DNA of 52,588 nucleotides, counting the filler, from Circinaria calcarea (lineage: Eukaryota), in NCBI GenBank assembly GCA_051942165.1. It is 2 parts of 2 records of this genome, joined end to end, with 100 filler letters (N's around TTAATTAATTAA, not from the genome) between each part and the next. Parts side by side here need not be neighbours in the genome. Positions count along the whole stretch, not along the records: positions 1 to 26,262 come from JAVECS010000082.1; 1 more part is not named here. The stretch is one strand, 5' to 3'. A model generated the notes under the pieces. The model was given only the letters and a program-made list of their open reading frames with translations. It had not been told where the DNA came from and ran no database searches. The first letter of the stretch is position 1. Every line of letters starts with the position of its first letter. Below, piece after piece: positions 12,774-23,473 of the stretch. The position numbers were made by a program, and so were the translations under genes.

Positions 12774-13410
12774 ACAGACTATTCGAACTGCCCTTCATCA
12801 TGTTGGGTTTTAAGGTCCGAGAGCGGTTAGACAAGAAATGACGGTCATGTACCACGCGCATTTATCTTACGAAAGCTACTGTGACGAAAGTGATGGATAA
12901 AACGTCTACTTGTCGTATGCCGGCAACCGTCTGTTGTAGATATATAGTAGATGATTTTCTGCTCGAACAACCCTTGATGCTCTAGTAGGTTAGGGTTAGC
13001 TCCGTTCCTTAACGAATACCTTAACAGGCTTACCGATATCTGAAGTCGCGTGAGCCGTTTGAACAGGGATGCTTTTATATTACTAGTCCTACCGAGCATA
13101 ATTATATTGCCATCTACTTACAACGTCATTGCAGACAATTCCACGACATCTACAGGATCACACCCTTCATGTCACTCCCGTGAGGCTGGTTACCGTCTGC
13201 TTACATCTTCTCCCCTGGACCACCGCAGAGACATCCCCTAGTCTGCTCTGAAGGCAGACCTTCAAGCTTCACCCATGACTCGGTAGCACCCTTTTTGACT
13301 GGAACGCAACTCATCCAGACCTCGACCGAGGGTACTGCCTCCTGTCTACCGCTGATTGAAGTCCGCTCCCTACCAATTCTCCTGTCTCGTTCTGTGAGGC
13401 AGGAGGGAGA

Positions 13411-16400
13411 ATGGATGCTCAGGTATTTCTCCCTGTACTCGGCTTGGCTGACTAACTACGATCATTCACCTACGGAAAATGTGAGGGCTAAGGTGGTGCT
13501 CTTTACAGGTAGAGAATGCTATCGAGATAGCCTGGAACCCGAGATCTGAACAGAGCCTTAAGGCTCAAGCAATCGAATTCCTCAATCAACTTCGGTCCGA
13601 GCCACAAGGATGGCAGGTGTGCCTGTCCCTCGCGACACGAGAGCCGAAAGCAGCGGAAATCATCCGTCATGTGGCGCTGGAGGTGGTCAACGATGCAATA
13701 CAAAGTCGCCAAATTGACTCCCAAGGATTGATCTTTGTGAGGGACAGCCTAATGACTTATACACGAAACACTTATCGAGATGGACAAGGGAACACAACTC
13801 AAGACCCTTTCACTGTACGGAATAAGATTATCCAGCTATTGACCAATTTATTTACAGTACTGTATGCTTCAGAATGGGTAACTTTCTTCGACGACCTCAT
13901 GGCCTTGACTTATACGGGCAGCCCTTCGATACGGGATAACGCCCCTGGAATCAAGATTTACCTCAGGGTCTTGATATCCATCCATGATGAGATTGCAGAC
14001 GTTCTAGTTCCACGCTCTCCCGAAGAACATCTTCGTGACACTAATCTGAAGGATTTGGTAAGGCAAAGAGATGCGAAAAAGATTTCACAATCGTGGCAGG
14101 AGATCTTGCTACAGTGGAAATCGGGCGAGAGGGCGATTGTAGAGCTCTGTCTGAACACGATCGGAAGGTGGGCCATCTGGACAGACCTTTCCTTGGTTGT
14201 CAACAACGATGTACTCCAGGTGCTTTTTGAGCTTGTCAGCTCTCCACCACCTGAAAAAGACGGTGTTTACGGTCCTAGTTTGCGAGACTATGCGCTGAAC
14301 ACTTTCACTGAGATCCTTGCTAAAAAAATGAAGCCCAGTGATAAGCTAGAACTAATTTCAGTCCTTAGAATCAACGAGATTGTTGCTCGACTTGTCACGA
14401 GCAGTTCCCTTCATGAAATGCGTCCGACGTCGAATTACGATACTGATCTTGCAGAGACCGTAGCGAAGCTAGTTAATAACACTGTTTACGATTTGGTCAA
14501 TATATTGGATACTGCAAGTGATGAGTCGACGTTAGTAAGAGCCAACGGCCAACTCAAGGTCTTTTTGCCCTACGTCTTACGCTTCTTCTCGGATGAATAT
14601 GACGAGATTTGCTCCAGTGTTATCCCCTGTCTAACGGATTTGCTCACTTATCTTCGTAAAAACGTGCAGTCTGATGCAGATTACCCTTCAATGCTACCGC
14701 CTATACTCCAGGCCATTGTCGCCAAGATGAGATATGACGAGACTTCGTCGTGGGGAAACGAAGATGCACAAACGGACGAAGCGGAGTTTCAAGACCTTCG
14801 GAAGCGCTTGCAAGTACTACAGCAAGCTGTCGCCGCCGTTGATGAATCGCTGTATATTGACACAATCAGCACGATTGTCAGCACATCCTTGGACAAGTTT
14901 CAGAATCAAAGAGGTCAGGTCGATTGGCGGGACATTGACCTAGCAATGCACGAGTTGTTCCTCTTTGGGGAGCTTGCAGTTAAAAACGGCGGTCTGTACA
15001 GCAAAACCAAGCCTGTGTCTCCCGCGGCGGAGCGGCTGATTGGCTTGATGTTCAAATTGGTAGAGTCAGGTAAGATGAACATACAAGGCGCTGTGATAAA
15101 CACTGACGGAGAGATAGATGTGGCGAGCTTCTCACATCCATCAATCCAATTGCAATATATGGAGACTTGCGTGCGGTACAGTACATTCTTCGAGGCCAAC
15201 CCACACGTCATACCCAAAGTTCTGGAGAACTTTGTCCGCTTTGTTCACCACGACCACGTCAAAGTCAGAACCCGCTCCTGGTACCTGTTTCATCGGTTTG
15301 TCAAACATCTCCGACAGCAGTTGGGAAATATCGCCCAGACCGTAGTCCAGGCTCTAGCAGATTTGCTTCCAATTAAAGCCGAATTACCCGAGGAGAGTTC
15401 TGACAACGATGACATGTCTTCGGATGAAAATGATCAGTCGGCGGATGCTACTTTCAACAGCCAATTATATCTTTACGAAGCGATTGGCTGTATCTGCTCT
15501 ACTCACGCTGTACCTGTAGAGAACCAAGTCATCTTTGTGAAGTCGGTTATGAATCCGCTATTCGCGGATCTAGAAGCCCACCTCAGTCCGGCAAGGGGAG
15601 GAGACGAGCGAGCGGTATTACAGATTCACCACCTTATCATGGCGCTTGGGACTTTCGCACGTGGCTTCTCCGACTGGACGCCTGCTAACACATCATCGAC
15701 ATCAGCTCTACCTGCAAAAGCTGTTTCCGAGGAGTTTGCAAAGACTGCGGAAGCTATCCTGGTCGCGTTGGAATCGCTGAGTGCTTCTGTCGAGATCCGA
15801 ACCGCCGCGAGGTATTCTTTCTCCCGTCTGATTGGCTTGATCGGAAACCGTATTTTACCTCAACTACCTCGGTGGATTGACGGCCTCCTGTCGCAGACAT
15901 ATTCCAAGGACGAGATGGCTCTGTTTTTGGGACTGATCGATCAGGTTGTTTACGGCTTCAAGTCGGAGATATTCGACATTCTCAACACCCTTCTAACTCC
16001 GTTTCTTCAGCGGGTTTTTTCTGGCATTGCTGAACCCACTTCGGGCACCGACGACGAGATCCAGCTTGCTGAGCTAAAACGCGAATATCTTGGCTTTCTA
16101 CAAGTTATTCTAAACAACGATCTCGGATCAGTGCTTGTCAGTACATGTATGTGTTTCCTAGAAAATATCGGGATAAGCTGGCTCACTAACGTCATTCAGC
16201 CAATCAACCAACATTTGAGACGGTTATCTCTACCATCGAACACTTTGCCAAAGATATTACCGACTTCCCTACGGCGAAACTAGCATTTTCGGTATTGACT
16301 CGTATGACACTTGTCTGGGGAGGGCCAGATCTCCCTAGCCAGACGTCTTCGACTCCGGATGGAGCTACCCCAGCATCCCAACCAACTCTTCTTGGATTTG

Positions 16401-16757
16401 ATCGTTTTATGATTGAGCGATTCTCTCCTCTCTGCTGGGCTCTACCCAGCAACAGCGAGTTTAACCCCAAAGACGCCCAGGGAAAGCAGGTTCTAAGTGA
16501 GGCGGCTGGCCTGCAAAAGGCCATCTACTCCAAGACGGGTCAAGAATACTTGACTTGGTTGAGGAACGTGGAGTTGAGGGGTATGGGCATGTCAGACTCG
16601 GCCATTGATGAGTTTCTACAAACATTATGTAATTCCGACCTGAAAAGGTGGCGACAATATTTTCAGGTAAGCGCTCCTATTCCATATATCGCGTCGAAGG
16701 TAATTTTCCAGATGTTGACCTTCACCGTAGGCATTGGTCCAAAGGAGCAATCGATGA
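13411..16757 (+). CDS. LOS1: Exportin-T (tRNA nuclear export receptor); exons 13411-13422, 13509-15069, 15118-16146, 16200-16666, 16731-16757
   Basis: [13 protein letters not shown]...[62 protein letters not shown]-repeat importin-beta family protein with canonical introns. Confidence 0.93.
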
Positions 16758-17330
16758 CATTACGATCCCCGATCCGACGATCATGGAATTGTCGAAGCAA
16801 GAAGCGAGAGTGAGCATTTGCATGTTCTTTTCCTGGCGTTTAAGATACCTATCTCCGTTTGAGCATCTACTAGGGGTTTTGCAAGTACTGATGGAATCTG
16901 GGCAGGGCGGGCGCTGTTTAGCATGGTTGCCATTCTGGCTGGAAATGTTTTTAGATGGAAAACTCCTACTTTAGGAGCATTGTAGTCGGAGAAAAGGACA
17001 TGGCTTGTTGAGCCAGCGAGGGGTGGAGTGCTTTTGCTTGAAAGGTCATGAATCTGAGAACAAAATTTCCTCCTACTCCTTCCCTACAGCTCACTACCGA
17101 TAACCCAACCCCCAGTAACCCATCTGACCCCCACGTAAGGAATTTCCATGCTCGTCAATCTTACCAGGACTCACCAGACATGGCCTCGCTCCTCGCTTTT
17201 TAACCCTTTTCCACTCCAGATCCGAGAGGACTGGACTGCCTGAGTCCCCATGTTCCAGTCAAAGTCCGGCCTGGAAGGACCAAAAACATCCTATACATCC
17301 CTCCACCCTGCTCCTTGCCCCTGCACTTGT

Positions 17331-17381
17331 ACTCTCACTCACTCACTCACTCACTCACTCACTCACGGCCATGGCCATGGC
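17331..17381. repeat. (ACTC)n microsatellite followed by GGCCAT repeats
   Basis: actctcactcactcactcactcactcactcactcac followed by ggccatggccatggc. Confidence 0.9.
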
Positions 17382-17874
17382 TACTACAGTAACAGTTTCT
17401 TCCAAACGGGCAGGCGCGCAGACGACCAATTCTCTACCCTTCACCGTGGAACTGACTGGCTCGACTGGCTGTTTCACTGGGAAGGGAGATTGGAGGGCAG
17501 AGTAAGTATAGAGGGTAGAGTAGAGCTGACTTGGGATGATTTTGTGGGTGGGATGGGGGGGGGAACATGGGGTGGATTTCACTTTTGCAGGAGGAGGCGC
17601 GGGAAGAGGACGATTGGAGCAGAGTAGTATTGTCTACAAGTTCGTTTTTTTTTCAATTCTAGCTATCAAATCTGCCCGACAGGCACATTCCTCAGTTCAA
17701 ACAAAGAGGGGTGTGTGATTTCTCCATTCGTATTGCACGCCGCTGGGAGTTCACAGATCCTTCCTTTTTCGTATCGCATCATATCACATCGAACCCAAAT
17801 TCCCGCTCCTCTCACCGATATCACCATCCGTGCAATGCTCAGAAGGCTCCAGGCTCGGGTCCGGTTCAAAAGGC

Positions 17875-20800
17875 TCAAGGCAGATAAGCCCCACCCGCAA
17901 CGACCAGGTTCATCCTCGTGAAGCGAACCTTGTACACGGGGCTCTTCTTGGTCGGGAACGCGCTGATCTGATCCGGAGTCACCACGACCTCCTTGCCCTT
18001 CTTCTTCTTCGCGCCCCCCGCACCCGAGACGCCAACCCCCTGCGCGGCGCTCTGCCCGCCTCCGTCAATCTTGACCCCGGCTCCGCCTTCGCCGATAATC
18101 CTACCCTGCTCGGGCGCCTCAGCTGGGAGAACGACGTCCCAGAGGCGGACGGTGCCGTCGGCGCCGCCGGACACGAGGACGGTGGATTCGACGCTGAAGC
18201 TGAGGGACCAGATACCGCCTTTGGCGTGGCCGCGCATGCGTTTGATGAGCCTCCCCGGCGCGAGATCCCACAAGATGATTGTCCCGGCATCGTCGGCGGA
18301 AGCAAGGATCTTTCCACTCGGGCTGCAGGCCATGCTCGTGATGTTGCTGGTATGACCGGTGAACATGCGGACCGGGTAGCCGTTGGTGACGGCCCACATT
18401 CTCACAATCTTGTCGCAGCTGCCTGTAAAGACGTAGGCGCTGTTGGGGTGGAAGGCGACGACATCGACGTCTTGGTCGTGGCCGACAAACATACGTAGAT
18501 ATCCGATCGATTCGGTACTCCACAGGCGAGCGGTCTTGTCAAGAGAACCGGTGAGGAAGTAATGCCCAAAAGGACCCCAGGTAATGTCCCAGACCATTCC
18601 GTCGTGGCCTTTGTAAACGACGAGGCACTGCCAATTGTCAAGGGACCAGAGGCGGATAGTTTTGTCCCCAGAGCATGAGAGGAGAGCTTGTGTGTTGGTA
18701 GGGATGATGCTGGAATAGCCAATCGGAACGGAATCATTCGGGGCAATTGATGGGGAGAATGAGACTCCGTACACAGGTGCCGAATGCCCAATGAGTCGGC
18801 GAGATGTTGGCGGCTGCGTACCTTTCTCATGAGGCATGTTTGATACAAGTGGCTTGCCGTCGAGGCTCCAGACCCGAATGTAGGAATCCGAGGTTCCGGC
18901 CGCTACTAGGAGGTTGTCTTGGGAAAAGTCGAGACAATTGATGCTAGAAATCAGATATAAGTAAAGCCGTTGTTCATCCTGGAGGCACGTTCACTTACCT
19001 ATCGTAGGTGTTGTGGAAGGTAAACATCACAACACTAACTCCGGGACCCACTCCTCCAGTTCGGCCTTCAATCTTAAAGCGATCACGGTTCTCCTTTACC
19101 TTCTGTACTTCCATGGCCACATCCCTGGCGCTTGAGGCCGGCAGAGGCAAGTCGAGGCGACTAGGTGCGTCCTCACTCTCTTCACGCTTGATATGTTGCT
19201 CGAAATGCTCAAGGAGCGAAAGTTGACCTTCGGAGGGTGGGTTCTTTGCATCTTCTTCCTCAAGTTCTCCTCGCACATCTCCGAGCAGCTCAGGCTCCAT
19301 TGGCAACGGTCCGAGTTTGAGTCTCGTCAACACGTTAGAGCCGGCATTTCCGACAACATTCGCGGATCCCGGGTTGTGACCTGGAATACCTTCGTCTTCA
19401 GCTGGGAAATCTTCTTTAGTCTTGGCACGACCAAGCATCTTCGCGAGGCTATGCTGATCGTCCGCAGCACGGTCAACAGTGACAATGCTGAGATAAGTCT
19501 GTAGAATAAAGACGATTATCGCGCCTCCTTCTTTGTGTTTTGCCTCCAAGAACTGAATCAGGTTGAAGAAGGCCACGGTCTGCATGGACAGTCGGTACTT
19601 TGAACCACGATAGATCTGAGCAATGGGATTCTCTAGCACATATGCCCGCCGATTGATCGGCCCCAACGCTCGCAGATCGTTTTCATGTTCATCTTCGAAC
19701 ATATGCTTGAAGGCGTTAAAGAATCTCTGGGCCTCAACTCCCTGGTCCGCGTAATTGATTTCGAGGAAAGAGTAGATAAACACTGGCCAGAGCAAGCGGC
19801 GCAGCTCGGACTGTTTCCCAAGTCAGATCTAGCTTGTATATTCGGTCTTACGACTGACCTTGTAGATATCCAGATTTTCCTCAATCCATTTCTCCAGTAG
19901 TCCTGTAGGATTCAATTAGTATCTAAGAATAAAGCTTTCGAGCGCCATGGAAGGCTTACTGAAAGCTCTGCCATACTTCAGTTCAGCGTCTTCTTCAGTC
20001 CTCGTAATGTTGAGGGGCCCTTCCACATCTTGGTTTGCTGACTCGGCACGTAGCGTGGCTTCTGTACGGCTATAGCCCTTCTTGGAAAGGTACTCAATAA
20101 CCTGATACAGGGTGTTAGCGGGAAAGAGACTCATTGTTGCTCTGATAACGCGTTAGGATGTTTGAAGGATGTAGAATGTGTGAAATAAGCCTGGCACAGA
20201 GGATAGTGTAAAGCTTTGAACTCTTTGAAAAGGACAAAGAATTACAAGAGGTGTTGACTGTTACTGAAGCAGTACTTCAAAGGGAGGAGATCAAACTGCT
20301 TAAAGGTTTCTTGACAGATTCTGTAGGTGTTGAGACAACAGGTCACGAGAGGGTGTAGGTTTCAATAAGGCCGATAATATATCCGGTAACCGAAAGGACA
20401 GTAACGGAATTCAGTTTGGTTTGTCATGAACTGCAAGCGAGTTCAGCTCGTTTACCTGTAGTAGTTGCTTGTCCTCTCTATTTTCCTCATGGTGGTCACT
20501 AGGACCATCCAAACCACTGCTGTCGAAAGGATGAGAAAAGGCTTGTACGGCCTCGGTATCGACGCGAGGTTTTGCTTGGCCTGCTAAGTTTTTCTATTTA
20601 ACCCAAAGTCAGCGACGAAGTGCTTATACTGATGGTTTCTGCAGGTAATTGGGCTGTACCTTAATGCGTTTGTAACGATTCTTAAGGGTGGTCGGGTACG
20701 CAAAGTTGTTGCCAGTGGCTTCCTTCCACATTTCTTCAATCTCCTTCCCAGGGCGCTTCTCTTCCACCATATCAATCAGTTTCTGGTCTATTTCATCAAC

Positions 20801-21493
20801 ATCTGCCCAAGATTTGGGCATGAGTTTGTGTTTTGTTGCAGCGATACCACCAGCAGAAGATGATGATGGCGCAACACGCGGTCCTCCGGCCTGCTCAGCT
20901 CCAAAGATTGCACCTTGCGCATTGCCAGGCACACTTGAATGGCGGTCTGCCATCTCGACTTGCTTGTTCTTTTGATATTGATTGGTCAAAAAGTGGCTAG
21001 AATCTTGACAGCTTGACGAGTTACGGTTTACCTTATGTTTTGTATTCGCGCCATTACCGAAATAATCTAAGCGACGCAGACTGAGTCCAGGGAGCTAGAG
21101 CATTATCCAAGTAGCCACCACGTCCACTACGTTTGCCTTTTTTCAGAAGAGCAGGTCTCGGGTAATCATCACAAGCAGCATTGCATTCTAGCTCTTATGT
21201 TTTTCCACGTTCAGATATGCATGAGTGAGTAGTGATGAGAAAATGGCCTTGACAAGATTACTAGAGTAATGCTCGGGAAAATCGATTGCTAAATTCTAAG
21301 AGATTTTGAGCCTTACTATCTGATTAAGATTCTGCTGCGAAAGAGCCCCATTTTGACTGCTACCCGCAGCATTTCCTCCCAACGCACCTTCGCCGGGCCT
21401 CGACTGTGGCATTGCCATTATTCCGTTGACTGTTCCATTACTGGTCGTCCGCGCTGCAGGATTCCCAGCATTACTAGGTGGTGGCCCAGACAT
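17875..21493 (-). CDS. TAF5: TFIID/SAGA subunit TAF5 (LisH, NTD2, WD40); exons 21493-21317, 20101-19960, 19902-19859, 19810-18999, 18943-17875
   Basis: Splicing gives the LisH motif QQNLNQI/VIEYLSKKGYSRTEATLRAES. NTD2 WIEENLDIYK/SELRRLLWPVFIYSFL, WD40 repeats (GHDQDVDVVAFHPNSAYVFTGSCDK) and C-terminal FPTKKSPVYKVRFTRMNL are present. Confidence 0.96.
20411..21094 (-). CDS. Myb/SANT-like helical-domain coding cassette nested in TAF5 intron 1 (separate gene or alternative exons)
   Basis: The frame is open from 21094 to 20627, with an ATG at 20953. It encodes KSWADVDEIDQKLIDMVEEKRPGKEIEEMWKEATGNNFAYPTTLKNRYKRIK. A putative intron 20594-20659 continues the frame to KNLAGQAK...EDKQLLQ and a stop at 20411. 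Confidence 0.6.
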
Positions 21494-21872
21494 GCTTAGA
21501 TCATCAATCCTCTATTCCAACCAACCGTATCTTATGAAATTCCTAGCCATGGGCTGTCTCCTTTATAGTTAATATATGTCAGAAAAAATAAGTCAAACCC
21601 CGGACGTAAGACGTCGAATGTCTATGGAACTTAAGCACGGATCAAGGAGACCCACAGATTGCCGCCCTACCCGTTGATAGCCGCTGGTAGCGATGTTTCG
21701 CTTATCTACTGTCGCGCTTGCATTCTCATGTAGAGTCGATTAAGTCAGAACACTTCCGTATCGTAATTGTCCAATCGCCCTCAGACAATTTTTAATTGCA
21801 TTTCAAAGCTTCCAGCTGTATCATCAACTGGTAAATCACGGCTGGGTTTGAAAGCTAAAAAGAATATCCGTG
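21494..21872. promoter_or_regulatory. Short bidirectional promoter shared by TAF5 and MED11
   Basis: Only 379 nt separate the two divergent start codons. Confidence 0.65.
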
Positions 21873-22534
21873 ATGACTCTTACAAATGTAAACCGTGAAT
21901 TTAGCAGCAGTGACCGTATTAGACAGCTGAACGACATTGATGGAGTAGTCTTTAGATCCTGACAAACTTCCTTGCTCAATGCTAATCTTAAGAACAGGAT
22001 GTGGTGAGGTTATTACACTCCGCTGGCCTCGCCGTGAATGCTCTTATTAATGCATCAACCGGAGAAGACAATGAACCAAGGGGGCCATCTTCAGTGGCAT
22101 CACATCGAGCTTCATTCACCGAGGCAACATCCGAGTATTTTTCATGCTTATCATCAATCGACGTCGGACTACGTCGACAGATCTATGCGCTTGAAGAGGC
22201 AAAGATAATCTCAACGGAGAAAGCAGTCAAGGAAAGTCAATCGAAACTAGGGGTGCCTATAGCATTGTCAGCTGCCAGTGGTATAGCAAGTAATGCGTCT
22301 AGCCTACAACCAAACAAAGAGAGAGTTGGGTTGGGAGGCGGAAGGTTAGGCTCGTTGGATGTTGGCTGGCTCAACAGCAGGAATGATAGAGTTGGTAAGG
22401 AAATGGAGGCAGAATTGTGGTCGAAGGCCGAAGACTTAGTCCGACATCTGGAGCATGAAAGAGAGAAGGAGGAGGTCAAGGGAACTGGTTTTGACACGGG
22501 ACGGGATCGACAGGTCTCAGATGATAGTGCTTGA
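21873..22534 (+). CDS. MED11: Mediator subunit Med11; exons 21873-21944, 21998-22534
   Basis: DRIRQLNDIDG/DVVRLLHSAGLAV...YFSCLSSIDVGLRRQIYALEEA and LGSLDVGWLNSRND match the fungal Med11 pattern. Confidence 0.88.
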
Positions 22535-23473
22535 AGGAGCCGATCTTAAGAAGCTTGCCCTGTGTTACTTGAAACAGGCTTAATTGACCGGTTTTGGGAT
22601 ACTACTGAGCCGCAGGCAATATCTTTCTGAACCCCAAGTGAGTTGCTCCTTAGTGGTTGAAACTACGCGTCAAAGATTGAACAAGAATATTCAGGGGTCT
22701 CGTTAGCAAAGCCTACCATGGCTATTGCAGATCTCATGCTCGGAACAGAAAGCAAGTTCACGGTCCTGTTTCTTGTATATTATTCCCTAAGCTCCTGTCA
22801 AGGTGCTGAGTAGAATATCTATTCTCGAAGACGGTATTAAGGTAGACAGGGCTGCAATATCTAGAAGCAGATGAGAGTAGTGTCAGACAGTCGGCCGTTA
22901 TAATGGGTCTGCCATGCAGTGATTTTTACTCTAACCGTCCATGAACTGACTGGAACACTAAGTATAACGATTCAGCATTGTTAGACTGCTTATAGGCCTC
23001 ATCGCCAGTAATAGACCAAAGCCCTAAAGTTGATAGACATATTGCCATTACCTACCATGTGAGGCTGTACCCGAACTAATACTAAAGTAAGGGTAGTACT
23101 CCCCAGCCTGTAGATATGATAAAATCATCAGTAAGTACATTGGAAGTCGGGAGCTCCTACCTTATACCATAGTATTTATAGACTTCTAAAGTTAAATTTT
23201 AAAGAAACAGGATCATGAAAAGAGACAATCAACCAAAATTCCAAGGGTACAGTTCTCAAACAGATACACTCCGATTTATGACTTCGGCAAGTAGAGAGTG
23301 TAATAGGTTGATTTAATGTTTATGAGCCCCCCCCCAATCCTCAGCTACAGTTTCAGCCACCAAGCGAGAGAGCTAGATAACCAGGGTCCACGATGTCGAT
23401 GTATCCTCCATCACCACTGACCACCGTCAAAAGCCTTGACATTAGCCCTATTGTTCCCCATCTGCTCGATATA

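Noticed and set aside
17830..18498. 222-aa antisense ORF over the TAF5 WD40 region
   Set aside because: It is explained by high GC3, which suppresses stops on the opposite strand.
21143..21172. GTGATGA...CTGA on the minus strand in TAF5 intron 1, a possible C/D snoRNA
   Set aside because: The boxes are only about 20 nt apart, with no downstream D box or terminal stem and no convincing rRNA guide of 10 nt or more.
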